From Fibrobacteria bacterium (GTDB lineage: Bacteria; Fibrobacterota; Fibrobacteria; UBA11236), in the NCBI GenBank assembly GCA_041746255.1, contig JBGTHM010000115.1, positions 1 to 64,000 on the forward strand: a DNA stretch of 64,000 nt, read 5' to 3'. The notes beneath the pieces were generated by a model that did no database searches, was not told the DNA's origin, and saw only the letters and a list, made by a program, of their open reading frames with translations. Below are positions 20,677 through 32,685 of this stretch, one piece after another (the stretch's first letter is position 1; the number at the start of each line of letters is the position of its first letter). Both the position numbers and the translations under genes were made by a program.

Positions 20677-21497
20677 AGGATTTTACCCGGACAGAAACGC
20701 TCCAGCGGGCAGGAAGAACAGTTTCCCATCAAAGTTCTGCATTTCCAGGAATTGAGGCCGGAACGATTTAAAAAGGCTTCCAAGGGAATAAAGGCGCGCG
20801 TTGCGCCCCCTTCAACCGTCCTTTCCAAAAAGTTGTGATATTGCTCCAATCGTTGCGGCAAGGGAGGGTTGGAAACCCCCTTATAAGGCCCTACCCAACT
20901 CATAAAACGCACATGCCCCCCTGTGAGTGGAGGCATTATGGTTGGAACCCGCAGCGACCCGCTTAAGGATGCCAGCCCACATAGCCACAGGAAATAACGT
21001 GCTTTAAAGCGGTGCAGGGAGGTTTTTCCCATGAGGAAAATTTCCCGGGCCAGGAAAGCGACTTCCTCTTCCCCGTCGTTGCATTGTGAAAGCCTTTCCC
21101 TAAGGCCTCCATGCGTGAAAAAGAAATCGCAGACGCTGCGGAGGATTCCCGGCACCTTCAACAATAATGGCCATTGCCTCCAGGCAGGGACAGCGTTCAC
21201 CGTCGACTGTAGGATGTCGAAGGGAATTTTATTTAAGCGGAATATTTGGTCGCCGATTTCTTGGTAGAGCTGGCCCAGCCCCTCGGAAAGGCGCTCCTCT
21301 CCAATTTCCTGAAAGAGAGCGCTGAAGTGCAATAACATTCCCAGGCCCTTATCGCTATCCGGAGCAAAGGGGAAAATTCCCTGGTGAGAATCCGAACTTT
21401 TAAAAAGGGATAAGGCCGTCGGTTTCTCCGCCGAAAACCGGTCGATATAGGCATTGAGTCCCTCGACCAGCGGCGCATTACGCTCCTGCCAATTCAA
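20673..21497 (-). CDS. Hypothetical protein with a C-terminal EndoIII-type 4Fe-4S motif
   Basis: C-RTLMGN-C-SS-C-PLERF-C matches C-X6-C-X2-C-X5-C; translationally coupled to psd. Confidence 0.6.
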   Translation of the reverse strand: MNWQERNAPLVEGLNAYIDRFSAEKPTALSLFKSSDSHQGIFPFAPDSDKGLGMLLHFSALFQEIGEERLSEGLGQLYQEIGDQIFRLNKIPFDILQSTVNAVPAWRQWPLLLKVPGILRSVCDFFFTHGGLRERLSQCNDGEEEVAFLAREIFLMGKTSLHRFKARYFLWLCGLASLSGSLRVPTIMPPLTGGHVRFMSWVGPYKGVSNPPLPQRLEQYHNFLERTVEGGATRAFIPLEAFLNRSGLNSWKCRTLMGNCSSCPLERFCPGKIL

Positions 21498-22336
21498 CGG
21501 CTCAAACCCTGGCCCATTTTAACCGGTTTGCCCCCCGCGACGGGAAAATCCGGCTTGCATGCTTGGGTTAAGGCGCCGTCCAAAAGGAGTACTACGGTGG
21601 AACCCAATTCGAAACACCCAAGCTCTTCTCCTTTTCCGATAGGCAGGGTTGAGGGAGGCGTCCATTCTCGGATGGTTTTCACATGCGCTTCATTCGCAAG
21701 CATATCCGGTGTGAAGGCCAGAGAAATGCGACCCACATTGGTGGCTCCCACAAGAATGACCAGAGCCACGCCCTCCGTGGTTTTGATTTCAATGATAATA
21801 CGCTCGTTGGCGGCGAAAAGCCCATCGATAGTCTGTACGCTCCACGGGTTTACGGGCCAAAGAGCGCCTGGAATATGCACCGCGCGAACGATTTCACCGC
21901 TGACGGGGGCATGGACGCGGTGGTAATTATGCGGGGCCAAATAGAGGGTGAAAAATGAGCCTCCCGAAAAGGAATCCGCTTTGAACCGACTCCGGGTCAA
22001 TTGGGAAAACGAGTAGCGCCTCCCCTTCACCTGGGTCAACCACAAATCCGGAGATTCGAGCCATCCGGATTGGGTCAACAAACCGTCCACGGGCGATACC
22101 AGGGAATCAGGAGCAATAGGACGCTCACCCTTTTTCAATCGGCGTATGAAATAATCGCCTAGAGTTGCATATTGCGACGGCGGCGCCTCGGCCTCAAGGG
22201 TATTGATGCGGTAGAACCGAATGAATCGATCGCGGATGAGACCATGCAAACCGAAGGGGAAACGGGTCCGCACGATACGGCCCATGAGTCGGCTTAGCCA
22301 GTTTTTAGGCAGCAGAAGAAAAAGCACATAACGCAT
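21494..22336 (-). CDS. psd: Phosphatidylserine decarboxylase proenzyme
   Basis: SPVDG, YLAPHNYHRVH, VGATNVG and the FELGST self-cleavage motif. Start moved to ATG 22336 because the ORF-track extension overlaps the tRNA. Confidence 0.93.
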   Translation of the reverse strand: MRYVLFLLLPKNWLSRLMGRIVRTRFPFGLHGLIRDRFIRFYRINTLEAEAPPSQYATLGDYFIRRLKKGERPIAPDSLVSPVDGLLTQSGWLESPDLWLTQVKGRRYSFSQLTRSRFKADSFSGGSFFTLYLAPHNYHRVHAPVSGEIVRAVHIPGALWPVNPWSVQTIDGLFAANERIIIEIKTTEGVALVILVGATNVGRISLAFTPDMLANEAHVKTIREWTPPSTLPIGKGEELGCFELGSTVVLLLDGALTQACKPDFPVAGGKPVKMGQGLSR

Positions 22337-22378
22337 AGGGTACCTGTACGATTCACTGCCGTATGGGAAAGGAAATGT

Positions 22379-22465
22379 TGGTGCGGTCGGGCGGACTTGA
22401 ACCGCCATGGGTTTGCACCCGCCAGCCCCTCAAGCTGGTGTGTCTACCAATTTCACCACGACCGC
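22379..22465 (-). tRNA. tRNA-Leu (anticodon GAG)
   Basis: GCGGTCG acceptor stem, TGGTAGAC D-loop, CCAGC-TT-GAG-GG-GCTGG anticodon arm, long variable arm, GGTTCAAGTCC T-arm and encoded CCA; downstream of secG. Confidence 0.95.
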
Positions 22466-22522
22466 ATCTTTGGATTTACGTCAATTTTCCTTTTCAGCTT
22501 TTCCGACCCGAGCAACAGTTGG

Positions 22523-22906
22523 TTATTCCTGCGTTTCCGGCTGGGGGGAAGTCTCAAGACCGGGAATACCTTCGGAGGGTGCGTCACCCGGCGTCATAGC
22601 AGGAAGAATAGTGGAAAGCCCCCTATCTCCGGCGGCACCCTTGAGTTCGGATTGCGCTTGCGGACTGGTACTATTGGCCATTGCGTTCAAAACCAAAATG
22701 ACTACAAAAGAGGCCATAGCCACCCAAGTCGTCAATTTGGTTATGAAAGTCGCAGCGGATCCGCCGGAAAAGGCGGCGCCGCCTCCCATGCCGCCCAAGG
22801 CGCCGGCCAAGCCGCCGCCCTTATCGTTTTGCAGCAACACAAGTCCGATTAGCACGAAGCTGAGGAAGACGTGCAGGAGGAGAAGAAGTATGAACGAAAT
22901 TGTCAT
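22523..22906 (-). CDS. secG: Preprotein translocase subunit SecG
   Basis: LIGLVLLQNDKGGGLAG...ITKLTTW; conserved tpiA-secG-tRNA-Leu order. Confidence 0.92.
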   Translation of the reverse strand: MTISFILLLLLHVFLSFVLIGLVLLQNDKGGGLAGALGGMGGGAAFSGGSAATFITKLTTWVAMASFVVILVLNAMANSTSPQAQSELKGAAGDRGLSTILPAMTPGDAPSEGIPGLETSPQPETQE

Positions 22907-22928
22907 GAATTCATCCGTTTTGGAATTT

Positions 22929-23690
22929 TCAAGCGGCCCTAATAATATCTATAAAACTGGACGCCTTCAAGGAAGCGCCGCCGATCAACCCACCGTCCAC
23001 ATCCGGCTGGCTTAGAAGCTCAGCTGCGTTCTCCGGCTTCATGCTGCCGCCGTATTGGATTCGGATGGCGCCCGCGGCGGAATCTCCGAAAAGTTCGACC
23101 AGTCTTTCCCGCACAAAACGATGCGCATCTTGCGCCTGCTGGGTGGTCGCCGTTTTACCGGTGCCAATGGCCCAAACCGGCTCATAAGCTAGAACCAACT
23201 TGATGGCTTGCTCAGGCGCCAAGCCTTTCAGGCTTCCCTTTACCTGTTCGGAAAGCACTTGTTCGGTTTGATCCGCTTCGCGCTGTTCCAGGGTTTCGCC
23301 GATACATACGATGGGAATAAGATTTTCCGCCAAGGCTTTTTTCACCTTACGGTTCACCGTTTCGTCGGTTTCCTGAAAATACGATCTTTGTTCGGAATGG
23401 CCCAATATCACATATTCGGCGCCGGCGTCGCGAATCATGTCGAATGAAACCTTTCCGGTGAAAGCGCCCGGGTTTTCCCAATGACCGTCTTGGGCGCCCA
23501 CGCGCACCTTGCTTCCGGCAACGGCTTTGGCCACCTGCGCTAAAGCGATAAAGGTGGGGCATACCACCACGTCCACGCTTTCCCGTTGGGATATCGCCTC
23601 GAGAGCCGTGACGATTTCACGCGCCAGGCTTTCGGACTGTGCCAGGGATTGGTTCATTTTCCAATTGCCGGCGATGATTTTACGACGCAT
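22929..23690 (-). CDS. tpiA: Triosephosphate isomerase
   Basis: [22 protein letters not shown] and YGGS motifs. Confidence 0.98.
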   Translation of the reverse strand: MRRKIIAGNWKMNQSLAQSESLAREIVTALEAISQRESVDVVVCPTFIALAQVAKAVAGSKVRVGAQDGHWENPGAFTGKVSFDMIRDAGAEYVILGHSEQRSYFQETDETVNRKVKKALAENLIPIVCIGETLEQREADQTEQVLSEQVKGSLKGLAPEQAIKLVLAYEPVWAIGTGKTATTQQAQDAHRFVRERLVELFGDSAAGAIRIQYGGSMKPENAAELLSQPDVDGGLIGGASLKASSFIDIIRAA

Positions 23691-23705
23691 ACGAATTTTC
23701 CTTGT

Positions 23706-24902
23706 TTATTTATCGGTTAGGGCGGCCACGCCCGGAAGCACTTTGCCTTCCAGAAATTCCAGGGAAGCGCCGCCACCCGTGGAAACGTGGGAAACTTGAT
23801 CGGCCAAGCCGCGTTGTTCAATGGCCGCGGCCGAATCGCCACCACCAATAATGGTAATAGCCCCTTTTTCGGTGGCTTCGACCAAAGCTTCGGCAATCGC
23901 GAAAGTTCCGGCCGCGCTGGCGGGAATTTCAAAAACTCCCATGGGCCCGTTCCACACCACGGTCTTGGAGCCGACGATGATTCGGGCAAAATGCCTTACC
24001 GATTCAGGACCGATATCCACGCTTTCCATCTCGACGGGAATCCCCTTTTGGGAAACCGTGCTCATCGTCCCCAAAGTGCGGGCCTTGAAATCGAGCTTAT
24101 CCGTCACCTTGAAGTCGATGGGAAGCTCGATTTTACCGCCGAAACTTTCCAGCAAGGACTTGGCCAGGTCTATTTTGTCGTTTTCAACCAGTGATTTACC
24201 GATTTCCAGTCCCATGGCTTTCAAAAAGGTATAAGCCATCCCGCCGCCGATGAGCAATTTATCCACCTTGGGTAGGAGCGCCTGCATCACATCGATCTTG
24301 CCGGAAATTTTGGCGCCACCGATAATGGATACAAAGGGACGCGCGGGATTCTCCAGCGCACCCCCAAGAAAATCGAGTTCCTTTTTCATCAAGTAACCGG
24401 AAGCGCTCTGCTTGATGAAACGGGTAATTCCTTCGGTGGAGGCGTGGGCGCGATGCGCCGAACCGAAGGCGTCGTTCACATAAAGGTCGGCTAGCGCGGC
24501 CAATTTCTTCGCGAAACCTGTTTCGTTTTCTTCCTCTTCGGCATGGAAACGCAGATTTTCGAGGAGGAGAATCTGGCCGTCGGCAAGTGCATTAACGGCT
24601 TGTTCGGCCTGGGGTCCGACGCATTCCCGGGAGAAGGCTACGGGACGGCCCAGTAAATCGGCGAGGACCTTGGCGACCGGTTCCAGGCTCATCCCCTCGG
24701 TAGGCTTACCTTTTGGCCGTCCGAGGTGGGACATTAGAATGGTTTTAGCCCCCTGGCCCTGTAAAAATCGGATGGTGGGTAGGGATTCGCGCAAGCGCTT
24801 GTCACTTTCCACCACACCGTTCTTAAGAGGCACGTTGAAATCCACCCTGACGATAACGCGTTTTCCCGCGACATCAAGATCTTCCACGAAGAGCTTGGCC
24901 AT
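23706..24902 (-). CDS. pgk: Phosphoglycerate kinase
   Basis: RVDFNVP, SHLGRP, LLENLRF and [13 protein letters not shown] motifs. Confidence 0.98.
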   Translation of the reverse strand: MAKLFVEDLDVAGKRVIVRVDFNVPLKNGVVESDKRLRESLPTIRFLQGQGAKTILMSHLGRPKGKPTEGMSLEPVAKVLADLLGRPVAFSRECVGPQAEQAVNALADGQILLLENLRFHAEEEENETGFAKKLAALADLYVNDAFGSAHRAHASTEGITRFIKQSASGYLMKKELDFLGGALENPARPFVSIIGGAKISGKIDVMQALLPKVDKLLIGGGMAYTFLKAMGLEIGKSLVENDKIDLAKSLLESFGGKIELPIDFKVTDKLDFKARTLGTMSTVSQKGIPVEMESVDIGPESVRHFARIIVGSKTVVWNGPMGVFEIPASAAGTFAIAEALVEATEKGAITIIGGGDSAAAIEQRGLADQVSHVSTGGGASLEFLEGKVLPGVAALTDK

Positions 24903-24933
24903 TCGGCATTCCTTTCAAATGAGACATCGGTAG

Positions 24934-24970
24934 AAAAAGAGCCGCCGCGTATCGACACGGGGCTCTTTTT
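24934..24970 (-). terminator. Intra-operon stem-loop or terminator between gap and pgk
   Basis: aaaaagagcc...ggctcttttt inverted repeat immediately after the gap stop codon. Confidence 0.6.
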
Positions 24971-24974
24971 GGAA

Positions 24975-25979
<1,005 letters not shown>

Positions 25980-26093
25980 TCATTCTCCTACGCTGTTATG
26001 AGACCAGGTTCTATTTATTGGTTTCGAGCCAGAAATGTAAACGAGCCGGCTCTCGGCTGCAAGGCGCTTAAGGAAGCGGTTATTTCCGAATCT

Positions 26094-27689
26094 TCAGGGC
26101 GGAAACCCGTATCGATCCCGATTTTTGTCGATTATCATAGTCGCAATGATTTTGGGAACGTACTCGTTGGTTTCCTGGGCCAGATATCCCATACGGTAAA
26201 TATACCAGAAATCTCTGTTATTGACGGGGTCGTCAATCCGACGCAAGGCCCCACGCACACGGCCTTCACCGGCATTGTATGCCGCCATCGCCAAGGCCAC
26301 GTCTCCGAATTCGGCGTAAAGCCGCTTGAGATAGCGTATCGCCGCCCGCGTCGACATCAACGGGTTGGTCCGTTGATCCTGGGCGATGGGCGCTGAGCGC
26401 CAATCGTTCGGGACATGCAAACCGTAATCCCGGCCCGTGGCCGGCATGAACTGCCACAAGCCTCGTGCGCCCGCGCTGCTCACAATGGCCGTATCCAAAC
26501 CACTCTCATGCACGGCCAAATAGAAAAAGGCCAAAGGCATTCCCGCATCGAGCAATTCGCGCTGGATGAGGTCGTAATACCGGCTCTTGCGGGTAAGCGC
26601 AAGCTGGATGGAGTTTTTTACCGAGGTGCGCGTAAAAGTGCGAATGTGCTTCTCGACCTGCGCGATAAAAATATCGGGAACCACGTAATTCTGCTTCCCG
26701 AAGCCTTCCAGGATAATCTGGATTTCTTTTCCCAGGGGATTGGAATAAGTGTTGATGAGATCCTTCGACCGCAAATGGCCGCGAAGGTTCATCAACTGCC
26801 TTTCGGCGGCGCGCAACTGGGCCACCATCATGCTTTTTTCCGAATCCTGCCCGGGTTCCGGCGCATCGGACCCGGTTTCCATGTGGGCGAGTTTTGCTTC
26901 CAATTGTTCGATGTTGGCAAATAATTTTTCCTGTTGGACCAGGCGTTTCCGGTAGACAAATATTTGCACTACCAACATTATTATTACAATAAGGGAAACC
27001 GAGGCGATACCCCCCGCCACCCATCTCCCCCGCCTACGCGAACGGGAATAGGTTTCCGCGGCGTGGCCGATCATGCGGGCGTCGCGTTTCCCCAGGGCAT
27101 TGCTGGCTACCAGACGTTTGACACGCCCGGAATTACGCATCAAATCCTTGATTTCCTCTTCACCCGCCTCATCTTCGGATATGCGCTGAGCCAAACCCAG
27201 GGTAAAGCTGCCCGCATCGATTCCGGAGGCGACGGAAGGCGCCATCGGCGCCGTCGAGGGCATTTCCGGCCGGGTGGGTGAGCCCGGGGGAAGCGAGTTT
27301 TCCCTCGACCCGGAAAATCCGCCCGTACTTTTATCATAACGGAGGCCGGGAGTCAGCGGCATGCTGCGGGAGAAGGTCTCGGTGCCACCGGTTTGCACGC
27401 GTAATTTGGGTCCGTTTTGCCCCAAACTGACAACTTCGTTGAGGGCCAATCGATGTTCGAAAACCCGCACTCCATTGACGAAGACTCCGTTACGGCTGTC
27501 CAGGTCGCGTAAAATCAAATCGCCGCCCACCCGCTCGACAACCGCATGCCTGCCGGATACCAATCCGGCGTCGGGACCGGTGAAGGTTACGGTGTTTTCG
27601 GGCGATCGACCTAAACCCACCTTGTCCTCGATTTTTATTTTCCGGCCCGCCTTGGATCCGGAGATGACATGGAGAAATAAGTCGTCCAT
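26094..27689 (-). CDS. FHA-domain / TM / coiled-coil / SLT lytic transglycosylase (MltD-like) fusion
   Basis: FHA motifs GR...VSGRHA...SRNGVFVNG, a TM segment, and SLT motifs HESG, GARGLWQFMPATG, AAYNAGEG and ETNEYVPK. TAATG overlap with the upstream gene. Confidence 0.85.
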   Translation of the reverse strand: MDDLFLHVISGSKAGRKIKIEDKVGLGRSPENTVTFTGPDAGLVSGRHAVVERVGGDLILRDLDSRNGVFVNGVRVFEHRLALNEVVSLGQNGPKLRVQTGGTETFSRSMPLTPGLRYDKSTGGFSGSRENSLPPGSPTRPEMPSTAPMAPSVASGIDAGSFTLGLAQRISEDEAGEEEIKDLMRNSGRVKRLVASNALGKRDARMIGHAAETYSRSRRRGRWVAGGIASVSLIVIIMLVVQIFVYRKRLVQQEKLFANIEQLEAKLAHMETGSDAPEPGQDSEKSMMVAQLRAAERQLMNLRGHLRSKDLINTYSNPLGKEIQIILEGFGKQNYVVPDIFIAQVEKHIRTFTRTSVKNSIQLALTRKSRYYDLIQRELLDAGMPLAFFYLAVHESGLDTAIVSSAGARGLWQFMPATGRDYGLHVPNDWRSAPIAQDQRTNPLMSTRAAIRYLKRLYAEFGDVALAMAAYNAGEGRVRGALRRIDDPVNNRDFWYIYRMGYLAQETNEYVPKIIATMIIDKNRDRYGFPP

Positions 27690-29023
27690 TATCGAGACGG
27701 GGCGAGTGGGGTTAGAGGCGGAAACCGTACGGTATCGGCGCCCACGGCTCCGTTGGCCCAATTGCAGCCGGACGCCGAAGCATCCCTGATCTGGGTTTCC
27801 GTGCGTAACTCTTGCGTAGAGAAAGCTTTTGCCGGTCCATCGTGCACATCCTGATCTTCCACCAACAAATATTTATCCCGGAAATCGCCGGGAGAGGCGT
27901 TTTCGGCAAGCATGCCTTCCAAAAAAGTCACCAGTGCGGGTTGGAAAAGACAGCGCTCCGCAACGGGGCCTGCCACGCGGCGGGCCACGCGACCGGCGAA
28001 AAGAAAAATTCGCGCGGCCTCAGGATGGGTGCGTAAAAAGTTTATCCAGGCCTGTGATTCGCTTTCGGAATCCATTTCAAATTGAATACACATCGCGGCC
28101 TGTAGCGAAGCGCCGAGCCAGGCCAATTTATCCCATTCGGCGACGTCGGCCTGTGGATCGGAAGCGAGCCCTACTCGCACATAGGGAAAACACAGCGCCG
28201 CGACCCGGGCATCACCGGCCTCTCCATTCGCATAAGGTTTTAAGTATTCCCCCAATTCCCCGGCCCTCCAGGTATTAGGTACCAAATGAATGATTTGCTT
28301 TTTCCGCCCATTGGCCTTTTTGGCCAACCGGTTTAATCCCACCAGAAATGCAAGGGTCTGTTCAATACGGGGATCGGAAAGCAAGGCATCCAGAGCCTTT
28401 CCCGCTGCCTGGCGAAGTTCTTTTAAGAGCCCGGCAACACCTGACTCGTTGAGTTCAAATCCCGTGGCTTGGCCACCCACGGCGGCTATCAACTCTTGCA
28501 CGCCACCTACCCCGCTTTGCGTGGAGCCTTCTGAAGTCCGAAAAGAACTTTCCAGGACCCGGTTCCGGTAAAACGCCGGTAATTGCAAAAGGTCTAGGTT
28601 GCGCTTGGCTTCGGCGAAGGGAATTTGCCGTTTCAGAACCCGCTCGAGAAGGGCGACCAAATCATCGAGAAGTGCGAGTGAATCCACACCGCGTAAGGCT
28701 ATCGGTGGTTTTAGGGCGGCTATACCCTCGACTCCCCAATGCACGGGTCCGGGTCCTTGCGTCCAAGGCAAATGGAGATCGATTTCCAAATCGGCGCGTA
28801 CCGCGATAGCCTGGGCCAAATCGTCGCGGGCGAAGTTATTGAAGGCTACCGGCCCATTGAGAGAGAGTTCCGTGGGAGCCGACAAGACATAATGCCAAAC
28901 CGAATCGGCTTGGGTTCGAGGAAGAACGGCGGCGGAGGGATTGTTTCCGGCAATCGGGTCTGTATGCGACTCGGATAACGAAGCGTCAAGCCCGACTTTG
29001 ACGCTGTGGATTTCTTCTCCCAT
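27689..29023 (-). CDS. Putative diverged TssB-TssC (T6SS contractile sheath) fusion protein
   Basis: Several segments align by eye, in order, with TssB and then the N-terminal/central part of TssC (see findings); low identity. Confidence 0.5.
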   Translation of the reverse strand: MGEEIHSVKVGLDASLSESHTDPIAGNNPSAAVLPRTQADSVWHYVLSAPTELSLNGPVAFNNFARDDLAQAIAVRADLEIDLHLPWTQGPGPVHWGVEGIAALKPPIALRGVDSLALLDDLVALLERVLKRQIPFAEAKRNLDLLQLPAFYRNRVLESSFRTSEGSTQSGVGGVQELIAAVGGQATGFELNESGVAGLLKELRQAAGKALDALLSDPRIEQTLAFLVGLNRLAKKANGRKKQIIHLVPNTWRAGELGEYLKPYANGEAGDARVAALCFPYVRVGLASDPQADVAEWDKLAWLGASLQAAMCIQFEMDSESESQAWINFLRTHPEAARIFLFAGRVARRVAGPVAERCLFQPALVTFLEGMLAENASPGDFRDKYLLVEDQDVHDGPAKAFSTQELRTETQIRDASASGCNWANGAVGADTVRFPPLTPLAPSR

Positions 29024-29243
29024 GCTGTTCCAATTGTGGCGGTTCGATTGAGTTGAATTGAATTGGCCAAGCGGGGTTTCCGGCGTTATGATTACTGGAT
29101 GTCACGCGCTTGAAGGGTTAATTTAATTAATTACCTGGGTTCGAGGCGTTTACGAATAAGCGGGAAAAAGGATTTTTCCTACGTTATGCTGGATAGAGGC
29201 AGGTTTATCGCACCCTTAATCGCAAAAAAGCAGCCGTTCATTC

Positions 29244-32200
29244 ATGTTTAGCCGAATCCAATCCCATATACCGTTTTCCTATACGGCCATTCGGTGGTGC
29301 CTGCCCTTGCTGGGATCGCTGCTTTTATGGGGCTGTGGATCCTCAGGAAAAAGCCTGCGTACGAAAGCCTGGGCCACGAACGACTCACTGGCCTACGGGT
29401 TGCCGGGAGGAGTGGATTTACCCGCATACCTTCCCTATTTTGAGGGTTTTTCCAGTGGCGCCGGATTCGGTTTACGGGCAGAACCCGGGACCTGGGTGCA
29501 AATCCCATCCGAAAGAACGGTGCAAGGTCTTCCCCTGCTGACTGCCGTTGAAGCACGCGAAAGGCATACCCGACTCCGGATTTTTGAAACACGCCGATAT
29601 GCGGGAATTCCCGATTCCACTGAATTTTTGGAAATGCTGGGCTTTCTCTTTAAACTCGGACCTTGCAACGCGGCCGCGATCCCGAAAACCACGGTGGAAG
29701 GGATGATGATAAACCCGGAACCTGCAATCCTATGCGATACGGGAGATACCCTTTACCACTGGGCCACCCTGGTACAACTCGACAGTACCGTATTGCTTGC
29801 TTTGGTGGAATCCAAACTCCCCATGGACCGCGAAAAGGCCGGTTCCTGGCAAAACCTGAACCTCAGTCTAAAAGAGGAAAGCGACGTTCCCCCCGAAACC
29901 GAAGAAGCTTCGCAATCCTTTATGGCCGCGGTATTGAATGCCTCGGGTCTGAAGGCTTTGGAAGATTCGTTGCATGTTCTCGCCATGGAGCGTTTTCAAT
30001 CCGCTCTGAAATTGGACAGCGCTTGTGCTTCCTGCCTCATCAACATCGTGGGGCTCCACCAATTCCGTAATCAAAATGCCGCGGGCATAACGGAGCTAAC
30101 TCGGCACGCTGGCCTGGTAGCCTCATCCTGGCGTCTCATGTCCATTTTTGGGTCGCTCTATGAAGCCGTCGGCGACTTTGAAGAGGCCAAGAATTGGGCG
30201 CTTCGATCGCTGGAGAAAAACCCGGACGATTTGGAAACCCTTATTAACCTGAGTGATGCTCTATGGGGTCTCGGCGATCGGGTCCGTTCGAAGACGGTCT
30301 TGCTTAAACCCTATGGTATCAGGCCTAATTTCCGGCTCGCCGTCTACCTGGCCAGTACCCACCTGGGACTGGAGGAGTTCGAAAAGGCCTTGGAAGTACT
30401 GCAAACCGCCCACCGCGAAAGCGAGCCCGACAAACGCTCCACCGAGTTTACCCTGCGGGCCCTCCTGGGTCTGAAACGTTATGAGGATGCTTTGGCGTTT
30501 TTACGCAAAAAACCCGATAGCGTAACCCACACCTCGGCTAACCTGTACCTTCAGGGTGTCGCCGAATTCCATCTCAAGCTGTATCGGCTGGCATCCCAAT
30601 CCCTGAGTCAAGCCCTTGAACTGGACGGAACCAATCGGGAAGCCCAGCAACTGGCCACACAGACGTCGGCCATAATCGGAAACAAGTCGAACCATATCCT
30701 GCGAACCCCCATCGCTCCCCTGCGAACCGAATCCGTTTTGAAAAAAGCCCTCAACCTGATCACAACTCCCGAGGCGCGCCAGGCCGCTACGGAACACCCC
30801 TACATCGTCCTCAACCGGCATATCGCCTACCGGTGGGCACCGAACGGCAAGTGGAAACGCACGGAGCATCAATTGAGCTACGTCCCGGACGGCGCAAAAC
30901 TCATCCGTTTTTCCGAGCTCACCTATAACGTGGTTCCGGGCTATAGCCGCTTTCATGTAAACATGTTCCGGATCTACGATGCGAAGTTGAAACCCGTGGG
31001 TGACGGCGATATTTCCCGTTATTATGTGACAAAAAATCACAATACCACCTTGCATCCGGAAAACCTGCTCATCCACCTCCCCATTGAGGCGAGACCGGGA
31101 GCTTTTTTCCTGGAGGTGGTGACTACCGAAGAAGCGGAAAACCCGTCTCCCGAATTTCCCTACCTCGATTATGTCAACTCATCGGCTTATCCGGTATTGC
31201 GAACCCGTTTCGATATTCTTTCTCCGCCTTCGGGTTTGCGAGTGGACGCCTTCGGGGGAGGCCAGGTGGACAGCTCCGCTCGCATGACCACCATCGAGCT
31301 TTCCGAAGCGCTCATCGCCGAACCCGAACGGTTCAGCCCCGCCCTGGATCAAATAGCCGGAGGCTTTTCCGCCGCCCCACTTAAAACCTGGAAGGAAGTG
31401 GGAGAGGATTATCTGCATCGGCTCCACGCGGAAGGAATTCGACTCGACAGCGTTCCGCTGGCGGTGCGGGAGGTGACGGGTGAAGCCATGCAAGGCGCGA
31501 CGGGCGATCCCGTGCTTACGCTCTACCGTTTCGTACGCGACTCCATCCGCTATACCAATTACGAGTTCAACCTGCACGCCATGGTGCCGACCACGCCCGA
31601 GGCGGTGCTGGAAAAACGGATTTCCGACTGCAAGGGCCATGCCGTATTGCTCGCGCAAATGCTGATCACCTTAGGCATCGAAGCGCGCCTGAGTCTCGTG
31701 CATCTTACCCAAACCGGGTTTGCCAATCAGCCCAGTCTACACCAATTCAATCACATGATAGTGCATGTGCCCGCTCGCGAAGGCAGGGAGGAACTCTTCC
31801 TCGATCCCACGGAAAAATTCCAACCCTTTCGCTCCTCTCCGCTGGCCTTGGAAGGGAAGAACGTACTTTCGCTCCATCCAGGCCGTTCCGCTCTGACCAC
31901 CATTCCCGAGGTCCATAAACCAGGGGAGCATGGTGTCCGCATTTTTCATGTTCTCAACGTGGCCCCCGACCAATCCGCCTCCGGAGTCGACAGCGTTGTC
32001 ATGACGGGGAAAATCGCAGCGGAGTTCCGTTCCCAATTGTCGAGGTGGAAATTCAATTACCAGCGCAGCGCTAACATTTTGAGCTGGCTGGCCGAAAGCT
32101 ATCCCCATTTCACGGACGAAAATTTCACCATTTTGAACGAGAAGGATCCGGATAAACCGTTGATCATGTTACTGAAGTACCGGCATAAATTCCTTTTCCA

Positions 32201-32564
32201 GGCGCATATGGAGGAATTCGTGCACTACCCCAAACTGGAGTTGAGTTTTCTGCGCTATCCCAAACCCCAGTCCCGTAAAGCCCCCATCTATATTCCCCAT
32301 GAAGTGGAAATAAATTCCCAATGGATTTACCGCATTCCCAGCGGTTATGCCTGGAGGTCGCTATCGTTGGACCGTGAATTTTCAGGCCGGAATCTGCATT
32401 GGAAATTGTCGATTAACCACGCGAAACCGGAAGAAATCCTGATCTTGCAGAATTGGCAGGTTTCTCCCTTTCTGGCCTCGCCCGACGAATACGAGGCGAT
32501 ACGTAAGGAGTGGGACTCGATTCTGGGTAGTGCTGAGCTCAAATTGATGTTAGTCCGCAAATAA
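29244..32564 (+). CDS. Lipoprotein with TPR repeats, DUF3857-like region and transglutaminase-like domain
   Basis: Lipobox LWG-C, TPRs, and Cys-His-Asp triad motifs SDCKGHA / FNHMIV / FLDPT. Confidence 0.75.
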   Translation: MFSRIQSHIPFSYTAIRWCLPLLGSLLLWGCGSSGKSLRTKAWATNDSLAYGLPGGVDLPAYLPYFEGFSSGAGFGLRAEPGTWVQIPSERTVQGLPLLTAVEARERHTRLRIFETRRYAGIPDSTEFLEMLGFLFKLGPCNAAAIPKTTVEGMMINPEPAILCDTGDTLYHWATLVQLDSTVLLALVESKLPMDREKAGSWQNLNLSLKEESDVPPETEEASQSFMAAVLNASGLKALEDSLHVLAMERFQSALKLDSACASCLINIVGLHQFRNQNAAGITELTRHAGLVASSWRLMSIFGSLYEAVGDFEEAKNWALRSLEKNPDDLETLINLSDALWGLGDRVRSKTVLLKPYGIRPNFRLAVYLASTHLGLEEFEKALEVLQTAHRESEPDKRSTEFTLRALLGLKRYEDALAFLRKKPDSVTHTSANLYLQGVAEFHLKLYRLASQSLSQALELDGTNREAQQLATQTSAIIGNKSNHILRTPIAPLRTESVLKKALNLITTPEARQAATEHPYIVLNRHIAYRWAPNGKWKRTEHQLSYVPDGAKLIRFSELTYNVVPGYSRFHVNMFRIYDAKLKPVGDGDISRYYVTKNHNTTLHPENLLIHLPIEARPGAFFLEVVTTEEAENPSPEFPYLDYVNSSAYPVLRTRFDILSPPSGLRVDAFGGGQVDSSARMTTIELSEALIAEPERFSPALDQIAGGFSAAPLKTWKEVGEDYLHRLHAEGIRLDSVPLAVREVTGEAMQGATGDPVLTLYRFVRDSIRYTNYEFNLHAMVPTTPEAVLEKRISDCKGHAVLLAQMLITLGIEARLSLVHLTQTGFANQPSLHQFNHMIVHVPAREGREELFLDPTEKFQPFRSSPLALEGKNVLSLHPGRSALTTIPEVHKPGEHGVRIFHVLNVAPDQSASGVDSVVMTGKIAAEFRSQLSRWKFNYQRSANILSWLAESYPHFTDENFTILNEKDPDKPLIMLLKYRHKFLFQAHMEEFVHYPKLELSFLRYPKPQSRKAPIYIPHEVEINSQWIYRIPSGYAWRSLSLDREFSGRNLHWKLSINHAKPEEILILQNWQVSPFLASPDEYEAIRKEWDSILGSAELKLMLVRK

Positions 32565-32685
32565 GCGGTTTTCCCACACCCGGATAAGCCACCCCGCCGC
32601 GCGCTTTTCTCCCCCGCCCAGACCAGGTATTCCCCGCGAATTTTTACCTTTGCTCCTATTCAGAAAAATCATTCGGGAAGGACTC

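Noticed and set aside
22337..22408. N-terminal extension of the psd ORF
   Set aside because: Overlaps tRNA-Leu; ATG 22336 is the more plausible start.
22379..22465. tRNA-Leu as an integration site for an island
   Set aside because: No integrase and no duplicated tRNA 3' end noticed; housekeeping psd follows directly.
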